IMG/VR virus record: IMGVR_UViG_3300022916_001241
Length of the DNA stretch: 64,000 bases
Direction: 5' to 3' (one strand)
DNA from: an uncultured virus (IMG/VR IMGVR_UViG_3300022916_001241)
Taxonomy: Duplodnaviria; Heunggongvirae; Uroviricota; Caudoviricetes
Position numbers and translations under genes: made by a program. Under the pieces are notes generated by a model. The model was not told the origin of the DNA. It made no database searches and saw nothing but the letters and a program-made list of their open reading frames with translations. Below are positions 42,201-51,199 of this stretch, piece by piece (position 1 is the first letter of the stretch; the number at the start of each line of letters is the position of its first letter).

Positions 42201-42739
42201 GAAACATATGCAAACAACTCAACTGAAAACTTATCTCCAGATGGTATTACCTTAGATCTACCAGTTTGCTTTTTAGAAATTAAATTATAATTTGAACCAG
42301 CATAATCTGCTGTTTTTACATAGTTTTTTGACGAACTGTTTAACAAAACATATCCATTATATTTTGGCCACAAATCATCAAAAATATATTTTTCATAACC
42401 AGACAATTTCTCAAAAAAAACAACCAACTCATCTCTTGTACCATCGAATGGATAATAATTAATAACCTTATCAAAAGCAACGTTAACATTAACTTCAGCA
42501 CTATTGAAAAATGTATGATTTTGAAACTCAGAAAAATCAACCTTTAATTGTTGTGTACTTAGTAAACCGTTAGTACTTTGACCAAAATATATACTAGACG
42601 TTAATATACTTTTACTATTTTCCTTATACTCTGCCAAACTATCTAAAGACTTAAATCTATTTGTTGCCCAATTTTTAATCAACAGTTTTGGGTCAAAAGT
42701 TATTTGTGGTGGCTTTAAAGATCTTTCTGATTTTGCCAA
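39218..42739 (-). CDS. Baseplate wedge-associated protein with LamG domains and a P2 gpI-like segment
   Basis: WHHVFAEWD...LRLYVDG...GALDEVRVWN, a second LamG (GQVSQIRFW), and HIYKTKGTVDSLKSYIRAFG (KGT motif of gpI-like wedge proteins). Confidence 0.7.
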   Translation of the reverse strand: MAKSERSLKPPQITFDPKLLIKNWATNRFKSLDSLAEYKENSKSILTSSIYFGQSTNGLLSTQQLKVDFSEFQNHTFFNSAEVNVNVAFDKVINYYPFDGTRDELVVFFEKLSGYEKYIFDDLWPKYNGYVLLNSSSKNYVKTADYAGSNYNLISKKQTGRSKVIPSGDKFSVELFAYVSGGVDHQTIFQKKNDSYNNGIVLAVSGTEATENNYSSSLYFKVASRVKNTDESYDNVTMSASCEFPTGSWHHVFAEWDRSSDEHKLRLYVDGNVKVVSDSFYISSIESSNFDMDYIYVGSGSSWVDGDDVSGYYNGALDEVRVWNRDKSISELLKYKDRNVFAQDGLLLYYKFNEPNGTAKESLVLDYSGNSLHGAITSDDGVISSYENIRLQNTASGDNTLSHMTYENDYYSPILFPSYDSLVDLNTLLLSSASVYDNVNPSLITRMVPEHYFEEASYFEFGDESTAPFGTDIYETSRFNRNSTVGSHILAGLLYTWAKHFDEIKIYIDQFVNMLYFGFDDYDQAPDIFAKEVANFYGFNLQGFFDNASFSQFFDGSGVTIDDQWVFETMTSVRDKLWERVFHLLPHIYKTKGTVDSLKSYIRAFGINPDSNFRFVEYGGTNYVVDLEDKRQDRYEIAGILDMSASNSLIYSSPLSSSFYNSENNALLTSQSFSVEQIVKFPANIEYASTQSMCRLHVTGSSAKSNSGVIFNLLALSSSYKQNISSSIALYGRPSSYNDSVISPTLELKLTGVNVFDGEKWNICWGRNKSDNHVTKSSYFLMANKNNFGSLLSSKFTSSFFKEVVGASETYNVLENIVDEYNNSGSFIVIGSQSLDAGSSSDYGFLNNTTDVPLAVSRVTEFSGQVSQIRFWSKALSQEEFSEHTKNYKSVGMQNPDKFNFSASFYKDVLSSNPYTDDWARLRLDVSCDQDVVSSSAGGIINLVDYSQDKFPVGINNEVIWTGSKSEVVWDKSYMYGQGFELATPVIKNEDYFYSSISPYWDEPANGDKVSINESSVYEVDLMSERIVDDRFSVEFSVVRALNDDIVNIFSTIKDMTNYVGSYNDMFSSTYCNLESLRMTYFNRLRGKINIKGFFDFFVWFDQNIFKFAKQLIPAKTNFLGNNFVIESHMLERNKYFYKNFYQYVGKDSLSVGEKNIIDNNIVQCNIDVDVVD

Positions 42740-42764
42740 ATTATTTTAATACTCCAGCTTATAT

Positions 42765-44261
42765 TTAACTTATTACCTTAACAACAAAATAATCATCAGT
42801 ATAATGCTCTATACCGTTATCATTTACCATAAACTCTATTTTAAACAACTCCCCCACAGGCTTACAAACACTCATATCTAAATCAAAATACATACCATTA
42901 GAATCATACGATAGCCTAGTAGAATCATCGGTTGTTTCATATGCAACTAATATATCATTAGAATTAAGATGTCTTATTTGATAATAGGCCTTATCTAACA
43001 ATAACGACTGAGAGTCTGATGGCAATTTGCTACTATCAGTTGAGAAAGAAACTTCATTGGCAAAAACTCTAAACCTAGCCCTGTCTTCGTCACTATAATA
43101 AACACTTTTAAGGTTCGATATATTAAATACATATCTTTTTTGTTTAACATATGTAGATCGATCTGGCTCTGCAATATCAAAAGTTCCAGTCATATAAGCC
43201 TTATTTCCACTTAAGTCTTTCCAATAATCATAAAAAGAAGCTGACGAATTTAAATCAATTTGTCCTGTTATTTCAGTTTGAAAACTATCTATAGCAAAAG
43301 AACAAGAGTATATTCCAGTATATACCTCTTTAGCAAAAACAGTGCTCTCATAAATGCTAGTAGAGCCAACAGAAGATGTTTTAGCCTTAATTTCTACCGA
43401 CAAAGTATCTTGATTCTGTGAAGCTGATGAAATGCTAGTTAACTGACCTCTAACGATATTATAGAAAAACAAAGAGCCAGTATTGTCAAAATAAAAATTA
43501 CTTCTATTGTTCCTAAGTGAATCATCCCAATATGCTTCAATTCTAGGGCAATACTGTTTGTATCTAGAATGCCTAGAATAAAACTTTTTAATCCATCTAG
43601 AATAATTATCAGTTTCCTCAGAGCCAGAAAATGCGATCACAAAGCCATGATCCGGTATTTGACCAGCAACCGTCGCACTACATATTGTTGTTATATTCAT
43701 CGACAAGTCTTCAGTACCATCATCAAAATTATGCACAACAAACAAATCACCTAAGACACTGCTGGCAGTTAAGAAATCAATGCTCTCTTGTCCCAAATAC
43801 CCGCCAGATGAAGCACCCTCCCCATTCCAACCATCACTAAACCCACTAGCAGTAACCCAATTTGTAACCCCCAAATCCCTATACTCCTCACTATCGATAC
43901 CAGGGCCTTCCGACCAAGACTTGCTAAGTGGATACAAAACAACATTAAAGCTAGATGGAACAATATCGTTGTGATATAAATTAAACATTTTAAGGTAAAA
44001 ATTAACATCAGACAGTTTTGTCCCAGACAACAAACCACCAGAACCTGTCAACTCCCTAATAGGATCAAAGTCAAACTTTAATAAAACTCTAGACCTCTCA
44101 TGTATACCACTGCTAGTACTTGCCATCACTGACTCATCATACAACTTGAACAAGCTAATTTCGCCAGCACGACCCACGTTTGCATCTGTCACTCTAAATG
44201 AATTATTAACAACTTTGTTTGTTATAAATGTATCTTTATCGCAATCTAAAAATTTATACAT
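42765..44261 (-). CDS. Virion protein with a DNRLRE/CBM96-like N-terminal domain
   Basis: DTFI...RSRVLLKFD...YPLSKSWSEG...NW...GFVI...FYSR...PRIE pattern. Confidence 0.55.
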   Translation of the reverse strand: MYKFLDCDKDTFITNKVVNNSFRVTDANVGRAGEISLFKLYDESVMASTSSGIHERSRVLLKFDFDPIRELTGSGGLLSGTKLSDVNFYLKMFNLYHNDIVPSSFNVVLYPLSKSWSEGPGIDSEEYRDLGVTNWVTASGFSDGWNGEGASSGGYLGQESIDFLTASSVLGDLFVVHNFDDGTEDLSMNITTICSATVAGQIPDHGFVIAFSGSEETDNYSRWIKKFYSRHSRYKQYCPRIEAYWDDSLRNNRSNFYFDNTGSLFFYNIVRGQLTSISSASQNQDTLSVEIKAKTSSVGSTSIYESTVFAKEVYTGIYSCSFAIDSFQTEITGQIDLNSSASFYDYWKDLSGNKAYMTGTFDIAEPDRSTYVKQKRYVFNISNLKSVYYSDEDRARFRVFANEVSFSTDSSKLPSDSQSLLLDKAYYQIRHLNSNDILVAYETTDDSTRLSYDSNGMYFDLDMSVCKPVGELFKIEFMVNDNGIEHYTDDYFVVKVIS

Positions 44262-46057
44262 TAACTAACCTTCCCTTTAATGTCATATTCTAAATATTTA
44301 AACTCAAACATAGAATCACTTGGACACAACAACACATTCTTATTAACATTAATATTATATTGATCATCTGAATATTTTCTACCATCAAAATTATCAGACA
44401 AATTAATAAACTCTAAATCAAAAACAGATATAACACCATCTAAATTATATATAACATCAACTACATCTGACAATAATATCGGCTGACCAATCTGAAAATT
44501 CATGACATTAAAATAGTCATATAAGTCTGACAATGCGTTAGATAAAATTTCATCTTTATTGAAGCCTGACTTTACCAATATGTTAAAATTTAACCCTAAG
44601 TTAATTATTTTAGTATCAAAAATTTCAACATGTTCATTAATTGATATATACCTACTTAAATAAGTTTTTAAATTATTTTTCAAAAACGTAGGACTTTGTA
44701 TTAAGTTTCCTTCAGAATCTCTACTTAAAACTCTCAACTCAGTGACAAATGGTATCGTTGATGGGCTAACCATGGCCCTATAAACTCTCCCAAACTTAGA
44801 TGGCATAGAATATACTCTCGCTAAATAATCCTCACTAGTAACAATCCTCTTCTGTGAAGCATAATGACCGCCCATTGTTCTTCTTATGTCATCTAGTGAC
44901 TGTCTTGCTTCCCCGCCAGAGGCACCAATGTCATTCCTAACATTCAAAGTCGAAAAAACCATATTTTTAACAGAATTACTAACATCAGAAACTGATGGAA
45001 ATTCTACCAATGCACTGTCAATAGTGTTTACAGAGCCTTCGGCAACATTATGAGACAACCCCCCACCAACACGACACCTTGCCGTAAGTGTTGTACTATA
45101 CGGTGAAATGCCATAAGTCTTAGTCTTTAAAAACTGGTTTGGATTTATAGAGAAGCTTGATATAGTAGATTTTCCATACATAGGAACTGCATACTGTGAT
45201 GGATCTGGAACAATATCATCATCTACTATACTCTGCTTACCTGAACCAAATTGTAATGTTGTTTTCCTATTCTCAATGTCATATACAGAAACAAACCTGA
45301 ATGGTACATATTTAAGCTTTAAAACATATGGAACCAACCCAGAGGCATCGTCCAAGCTTTCAACGGCCTCAAAAACAGTATCTTCAGACAAGTTGTCAAC
45401 CTGATAATATTCATTTCCATTTGAATCAGTGACGGATATTACAGATGTTATATCCTCATCATCAAGCTCCACTTTCCTAAAGTCTTCATAATCACCCAAC
45501 TCATAATTATAAGTAGTAATCTGGCCAGAAATACAATGTCCACCCTTCTCTATAATATAACTAGTAGGCGTACCAGTTGAATTAACTTCTGATATTGTTA
45601 ATGCATCCATACTATAATCAGAAAAATCAACATCATCCTGTAATTCAAAAACCACACCAGAGTCAGAAGATAAAAGTGTTCCACGTTTAAGTGTTAACAA
45701 ATACTTAGTGTCCGGCTTATTATTAACATTATTAACTGGAACCTCTATGGAAAACATACAATTAACAACACTTGGGGTAGGAGGGGTAGCATTATACTGG
45801 AACTGCTTAATTATTCTCTTAACGCTCTTAAGCTCTCTTGCAGATTCTAAAAACATTTCACCAAACTGATGATCCAAATAAAAGGATAAAACATCACCAA
45901 CATATGCGCCCAGATCAATAAACATTCCAGGAATACCAGATTCACTAAAGTCCTGGTTGGCATCAGGAAAGTGTGTTTTTGCATACTCAATTAAATCATT
46001 CCTAAAAGAATTAAAATCTTTGTTTAAATACTTTAACGTTTTTTTCTTAGAAGACAT
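44261..46057 (-). CDS. gp6: Baseplate wedge subunit, T4 gp6 / baseplate-J-like
   Basis: DFNSFRNDLIEY, AYVGDVLSFYLD, FLESA, LQFGSG, ASGGEA and QKRIVTSEDY. Confidence 0.9.
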   Translation of the reverse strand: MSSKKKTLKYLNKDFNSFRNDLIEYAKTHFPDANQDFSESGIPGMFIDLGAYVGDVLSFYLDHQFGEMFLESARELKSVKRIIKQFQYNATPPTPSVVNCMFSIEVPVNNVNNKPDTKYLLTLKRGTLLSSDSGVVFELQDDVDFSDYSMDALTISEVNSTGTPTSYIIEKGGHCISGQITTYNYELGDYEDFRKVELDDEDITSVISVTDSNGNEYYQVDNLSEDTVFEAVESLDDASGLVPYVLKLKYVPFRFVSVYDIENRKTTLQFGSGKQSIVDDDIVPDPSQYAVPMYGKSTISSFSINPNQFLKTKTYGISPYSTTLTARCRVGGGLSHNVAEGSVNTIDSALVEFPSVSDVSNSVKNMVFSTLNVRNDIGASGGEARQSLDDIRRTMGGHYASQKRIVTSEDYLARVYSMPSKFGRVYRAMVSPSTIPFVTELRVLSRDSEGNLIQSPTFLKNNLKTYLSRYISINEHVEIFDTKIINLGLNFNILVKSGFNKDEILSNALSDLYDYFNVMNFQIGQPILLSDVVDVIYNLDGVISVFDLEFINLSDNFDGRKYSDDQYNINVNKNVLLCPSDSMFEFKYLEYDIKGKVS

Positions 46058-46074
46058 TAAAAAAATTCCTTATT

Positions 46075-46527
46075 TTATTGAGCAACTCCCAACTCAAGAC
46101 TAAAAATTTTATCATTAATGCTTGGCACATTATATGTAATCTTAACAATTGCATAACTAACTTCATTTATATCATTGTTTGAAAATTGAACATCTAGCTC
46201 ATCCAACTTAACAAACGGCATATACTTAGAAACAGCCTCATTAATATGAACAGCTATTCTCTCTTCCAACTCATCACTTTCTTGTTCAAACAACAACTTC
46301 TTTAAATTAGCCCCAAAATCAAAAAGAACTAACCTTTCCCCATTATTAGTCAATATCAAATTTTTTAAATTATCATTTATTTGATCTAACAATCTAGTGT
46401 GCATATCAATTGTGCCAAACCTAGCACTATTACGCAAAGGCGTAACAACACCTACAGCACCCTCATCACGCTCAACAAGGCGCTCTGATTTTCGCTTACC
46501 AACACTATTAAATGATATAGCCATCAA
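46075..46527 (-). CDS. gp25: Baseplate wedge subunit, gp25-like
   Basis: NLKNLILTNNGERL...DFGANLKKLLFE...YMPFV; adjacent to the gp6-like gene. Confidence 0.9.
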   Translation of the reverse strand: MMAISFNSVGKRKSERLVERDEGAVGVVTPLRNSARFGTIDMHTRLLDQINDNLKNLILTNNGERLVLFDFGANLKKLLFEQESDELEERIAVHINEAVSKYMPFVKLDELDVQFSNNDINEVSYAIVKITYNVPSINDKIFSLELGVAQ

Positions 46528-46567
46528 ACTTAATTATCTAACAACAACAGAAAAACCATTAAAAAAA

Positions 46568-48244
46568 TTAAGAATATTTTATATTATTAGACAAAATATC
46601 AAATACTAGGCTTTCAAGCATGGCTTTTTCTATTGGGATCTGAGTGGTGCCCTTTGCAATACTATCTGGTGTGACAGTATGAGTATGATTCAAAAACTTT
46701 TGCAAAAAATCAACTAACTTTTCACCTAAAGCTGCCTTTTCTAATTCACCGTTACCTAAGCTAATATTATCACTATTCACAATAACTGACCCATCATTTT
46801 TAACAACAATAGAGCCAACAACCTTAGACTCAGATATATGTTGTGGCTTATCTCTAACATCAATTGTAATGGCATTGTCATTATTGTAAGTAGGATCTAT
46901 TTTTATTTGAGATAACTTATTTTGAGTCTCAATCAAAATAATACCATCTGGCAATAATGATACGCTACTACCTATATTTTCAACACCATTACTGTTTTTT
47001 GTTGGAGAGAAGAACTTCAAGTTTTCATTACTAATGTCAGTATTAACACCCTGATTCATACTCTGTAGGACAACAGAATGCCTCGCTATAGATCTAACAC
47101 AATCAGCCTTATTAACAAAATAAGACAACTTGTCAGTCAACAAATTTATATTACCATCAGTTTTTATCTGCCAGTCAACATCATAATCAACAGTCCCATT
47201 AAAAATAGCTTGCTCTGGACCTGATAGTCCTTCGTTTAGATTTTCAACACTATCAATCTGCTTCTTGAGATGATTTAAAACAAAAAACGTATTATCACCA
47301 TCAAAATTCATAAAAGAATAACAACAAGCACGATCATTGAAGAAGTCTAAAGCACCCTCAGACAAATTAAACCTTTCGTCATTACTAACATCAAAACTGC
47401 CATTACCAACATCAGTAATTTGTTTTCCATCAACAGTTTGTCTAGCACCATACCTACCAACCACCATACCAACAGAACCAGCACCAGGGCCAACACTATT
47501 GTTAATGTCCTCTTTTCGCCCAGATGAAAAAATAACCATATTATTATTAGACCCCATAAGAACTAGTTCATCGCCCCGCTTAATAAACCTTGGAACAACC
47601 TCGTAGATGCTTCTAGACCTTCTTGACAAGTCAACATCATTACCTAAAAAAGCATCACCATATGCAGATTCAATAAAGTTAAATGGCTTACTGTGATCAT
47701 ATGTTGCAACCAATGAGTTACCAACAGAGCCATCATCTATAAGCTCCACCTCTTTCATAATTTTTTCAAGCTTTTCGTCAGAAGATAACTCTACAGAAAA
47801 CTTATCAGTACTATTAATGAAGTTAACAAACTGATTATTTAATGGCTCTGAAACTCTACACAACCAAAGCCCACAATATAACTCAGGCGACTTGTCAGTT
47901 TCATACATAACCCAAACAGTCTCACCCTTCTTAATAGGAACCATGAAGAAAGGATCAAAAGCAGAATAAAAAACTGCCCCCAATGGACTCTTTATGTCTA
48001 CCAGTGAATTTTCTGGAACGTATACTTGTGCTCGAATGGAGTTTCTTGGACTATTTTTATAAAACTTATTCCCATCAAAATCTATATCTAAAACTTTAGC
48101 CCTGTATATTTGTGGAGAAAAGCTTACAGCCTTAATTAAGTCAGGCAATGAATTATATAATGCTTGTATAAAATTATTTCTAGCCTCTTTGTCTAGAAGA
48201 CCATCAACGTTTCTTACAAAGTCTTTGAGAGTTGGATGTGACAA
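46568..48244 (-). CDS. Baseplate hub/central spike, gp5/gpV-like
   Basis: N-terminal OB-like segment (PIKKGETVWV), beta-repeat region and C-terminal NHTH metal-binding tip; upstream of gp25. Confidence 0.7.
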   Translation of the reverse strand: MSHPTLKDFVRNVDGLLDKEARNNFIQALYNSLPDLIKAVSFSPQIYRAKVLDIDFDGNKFYKNSPRNSIRAQVYVPENSLVDIKSPLGAVFYSAFDPFFMVPIKKGETVWVMYETDKSPELYCGLWLCRVSEPLNNQFVNFINSTDKFSVELSSDEKLEKIMKEVELIDDGSVGNSLVATYDHSKPFNFIESAYGDAFLGNDVDLSRRSRSIYEVVPRFIKRGDELVLMGSNNNMVIFSSGRKEDINNSVGPGAGSVGMVVGRYGARQTVDGKQITDVGNGSFDVSNDERFNLSEGALDFFNDRACCYSFMNFDGDNTFFVLNHLKKQIDSVENLNEGLSGPEQAIFNGTVDYDVDWQIKTDGNINLLTDKLSYFVNKADCVRSIARHSVVLQSMNQGVNTDISNENLKFFSPTKNSNGVENIGSSVSLLPDGIILIETQNKLSQIKIDPTYNNDNAITIDVRDKPQHISESKVVGSIVVKNDGSVIVNSDNISLGNGELEKAALGEKLVDFLQKFLNHTHTVTPDSIAKGTTQIPIEKAMLESLVFDILSNNIKYS

Positions 48245-48574
48245 TTATTCAACATTTCCTATGTGCTTTTTCTCTTTAAAAAATACAGTTTTTTGATCAT
48301 TGTTATTGCTGTTGTCGTTAGCGGTAGAGGTCAAAGAATCATTAACCTTATCTAACTTACTAGCTAACTCCTCGACACTCTCACCCCTCTCAATCATTTC
48401 CAGCAAAAATAATTCTAAAATATTCCTGGTACTAACCAACTCCACCAAAACCTTTTCAGCCACGGATGCTTGTACAACATATGAGTCTAAAAGTGTTTTT
48501 ATATTTAACTGTAAGTCTGCACTAGTTAACTCCTTTAAATCACTAACACCAATATTGTTATCATCATTATTCAA
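48245..48574 (-). CDS. Hypothetical coiled-coil protein
   Basis: Likely TTG start at 48574 overlapping the upstream stop. The track start at 48661 overlaps the neighbouring gene by 95 nt. Confidence 0.5.
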   Translation of the reverse strand: MNNDDNNIGVSDLKELTSADLQLNIKTLLDSYVVQASVAEKVLVELVSTRNILELFLLEMIERGESVEELASKLDKVNDSLTSTANDNSNNNDQKTVFFKEKKHIGNVE

Positions 48575-48881
48575 TTCCTTCCCCCGCTTCTCTTTTAATT
48601 TCATTAATTTCATCCAACAACTTTTCTTTCTCTTCATCAGAAAAAGAATCATCCATTTCATGATCCTGGATTAAATTTGCCAACTTAAGTAGTTGGTCTG
48701 TAGTTTTATTAGATCTCTCAAGGTACTTTACAATAACTGGGCCAAGTAATGAATGATGATCCTTATCCTTGTCTATCTTTTGTAAAATACTCTTATATAA
48801 TATAAGGGCCTTATCTCTATCTTCACTAGCGTTATTAAAAATTATATTATATAACTCTTTTAATGTAATTTTATCTACCAT
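48567..48881 (-). CDS. Hypothetical protein
   Basis: 104-aa predicted helical ORF with GGAG RBS, downstream of the sigma factor. Confidence 0.6.
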   Translation of the reverse strand: MVDKITLKELYNIIFNNASEDRDKALILYKSILQKIDKDKDHHSLLGPVIVKYLERSNKTTDQLLKLANLIQDHEMDDSFSDEEKEKLLDEINEIKREAGEGIE

Positions 48882-48926
48882 TTATTTAAAATCTCCAAAA
48901 AAATAATACATTGTTTTATTTAAATA

Positions 48927-49622
48927 TCAACAATCTTTAAAATACTTCTTTCTTTTTTTATAAAACCCATAAGATCTTCTAAACTTATTTAACTGTGCTA
49001 CTATTTGTTTTGTTGACATCCCAGTTATTTCCCTTAAATATAAATATATTGATTTTTTATTTATTATATCTATTTCATTAGAATGCTCTAACAAATATAT
49101 AATACCATCTAAAACATTAACCTCACTATCTTTTTTATACCTTACCTTCCAATTCCTAATCTCTTCCATTGTCTCATTTATCTCTTCTCTTTGTATTAAT
49201 GTTTCCTCATAAGGACTTTCAACCCTCTGCAATAAGTTATATCTGTTGTCTGTTTCTGAGGAGCTATTTCTTTCGGAATAAGAAATTTCTCTTCTCCTTT
49301 TCTTACTTTCCTTATATTGTTTAGCCAACAAATAATTCTTAGCCACAACATTAAAATAGGAAAAAGCTTTGCTACCACGATCAGGATCAAATTTATACAA
49401 CTTTTCATATAAATATGACACACAATCATCAACTAACGTATCATATGAAACTTCATTATTACAACTAAACTTGTACACCATCAATAAATTTTTAACAAGA
49501 TTTTCAAAACTCTCCCTTATACGCTCATCATAAATTTTATGCTTTTTAGCAAAATCACACTCATCATTAAAGTCTACTATAGCTTTATGAGTCTTGCCAT
49601 CGAAATAATCATTCTTAGACAT
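48927..49622 (-). CDS. gp55: Phage sigma factor for late transcription, gp55-like
   Basis: LVDDCVSYLYEKLYKFDPDRGSKAFSYFNVVAKNY is a region-2-like motif characteristic of gp55-type sigma factors. Confidence 0.8.
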   Translation of the reverse strand: MSKNDYFDGKTHKAIVDFNDECDFAKKHKIYDERIRESFENLVKNLLMVYKFSCNNEVSYDTLVDDCVSYLYEKLYKFDPDRGSKAFSYFNVVAKNYLLAKQYKESKKRRREISYSERNSSSETDNRYNLLQRVESPYEETLIQREEINETMEEIRNWKVRYKKDSEVNVLDGIIYLLEHSNEIDIINKKSIYLYLREITGMSTKQIVAQLNKFRRSYGFYKKRKKYFKDC

Positions 49623-49653
49623 ATTTAATATTACACTCCATTCAATTCAACTT

Positions 49654-49962
49654 TTAACTTAAATTATTAGAATCACCTGAGCTTTTAACTGAAATAGAGG
49701 TTAAAAAATTAATAGCTCTATTTACTTCATTGACAACAGCCTTTATCTCTGGAGTATCGGAATACACTGGCCTATTTAATATATTTTCTAAGTTCTTTTT
49801 AGATCGATCAAGATTAGAAACCATCCTCTTCATTGCATCCTCAAAATTAAACAACATTACCGCAGACTTTCTTAGATATAAAAATAAAACAATATTAAAT
49901 ATAGAAGAAATTAAAAATAAAACTAAAAATAATACAAACATTATTAAATCACTCCATTGCAA
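49654..49962 (-). CDS. Small membrane-anchored coiled-coil protein
   Basis: N-terminal hydrophobic helix LIMFVLFLVLFLISSIFNIVLFLYL followed by a charged helical region. Confidence 0.55.
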   Translation of the reverse strand: MQWSDLIMFVLFLVLFLISSIFNIVLFLYLRKSAVMLFNFEDAMKRMVSNLDRSKKNLENILNRPVYSDTPEIKAVVNEVNRAINFLTSISVKSSGDSNNLS

Positions 49963-49973
49963 AAAACTTATAA

Positions 49974-51182
49974 TTATTTATACTTAGAGGTTAATATTTT
50001 CTCAAAATTATTAAATATATTATCAAGGGCATATCTTCCTCTAGCCTTCTTGGACAAAACTTTAGCCGATTCCAAATAAGACTCATGGTTCTCAAAAAGC
50101 TCATATAAGCTAGACTTGAAAGAGTTTATATCAACCTCTGCCCACTTAGCCCCATTAACAAAAATATTGTTATCAATCCTCTCTTTAGGCACATTAACCA
50201 AACTATATGGCAATCTACTAGAGGACTTTTTATATAAATCAATTATATCTTTATGCCCAGACCAATCAGTAACCATAACTGGCAATCCAGAAACAGCCGC
50301 CTCTAAAACTGGTATACAAAAACCTTCTCCCCTAGTAGGCATAACAAAGGCTTTAATCTTCGGATGATTATATAAAGCAGCCATCTCAACATCTGACATA
50401 TAACCATGAACTAAATGAACTTTTGGAAACTTTCCCCAAGGTCGAACGCTGTTGATCATAGATTTAACTGTGCTAGTAGTAACAACCTTATCAACAATAG
50501 AGTTGCCAGCAGAATTTGTTTTCAAAACTAAGCCAACATCTTTTCTACCTGAAAACGCTTCACAAAAAGTCTTAATTAATAAAAATATATTTTTTCTATC
50601 AATTCTAGGATCTCCAGTTAATTGACCAACAGATAAGAAATTAAAATCAGTTTCAAATTCTAAGTTGTTATAATTATATTCAAAATTCTCCTTAAAAACT
50701 AACTCATCATACGAGTGACCAATAGCATAAATTGGCACACCAACAGGGCCAGAATTCTTAAAGGTATTTTTGGTATGATTAGAAGGAACAAAAATAATAT
50801 CCATATTGTTACATGCATTAACCCATTCAGGATTACAAATGTCTGTCTCGACACCAGCAGTAATGCCTACATTATATTTAGCCAATTTTGGATCAAACTC
50901 ATTTGGTAAAATATGCTGGAATGAGATATCAAACTGATTAATATTATGTGGTTTATTATGTTTCTCAACAATACTCTTCTCTTTAAAGTCATTAATCAAA
51001 AATGGAGTTTTACCCCAAGGAGTTATCTCAAAATATAAATCCCAATTATACTTTTCGGATAACCTATGTAACATAACAGCAACCTGCCTAGATGCAACAC
51101 CATAACCAGAAACACTTAAGACTGGTGCTCTAAAAACTACCGTCTTATTATTTAATTTATCATTTTTATCGTTATTAGACAT
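49974..51182 (-). CDS. Glycosyltransferase, GT4 (GT-B)
   Basis: SGYG N-terminus, RKNI, and FVMPTRGEGFCIPVLEAAVSGLPV (ExF-x5-EA motif). Start reassigned to ATG 51182, which has a GGAGG RBS. Confidence 0.92.
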   Translation of the reverse strand: MSNNDKNDKLNNKTVVFRAPVLSVSGYGVASRQVAVMLHRLSEKYNWDLYFEITPWGKTPFLINDFKEKSIVEKHNKPHNINQFDISFQHILPNEFDPKLAKYNVGITAGVETDICNPEWVNACNNMDIIFVPSNHTKNTFKNSGPVGVPIYAIGHSYDELVFKENFEYNYNNLEFETDFNFLSVGQLTGDPRIDRKNIFLLIKTFCEAFSGRKDVGLVLKTNSAGNSIVDKVVTTSTVKSMINSVRPWGKFPKVHLVHGYMSDVEMAALYNHPKIKAFVMPTRGEGFCIPVLEAAVSGLPVMVTDWSGHKDIIDLYKKSSSRLPYSLVNVPKERIDNNIFVNGAKWAEVDINSFKSSLYELFENHESYLESAKVLSKKARGRYALDNIFNNFEKILTSKYK

Positions 51183-51199
51183 AGTACACAAACCTCCAT

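Noticed and set aside
49654..49962. Holin or spanin assignment
   Set aside because: A single N-terminal TM helix is compatible, but no endolysin or lipoprotein partner is adjacent, so it is left as a membrane protein.
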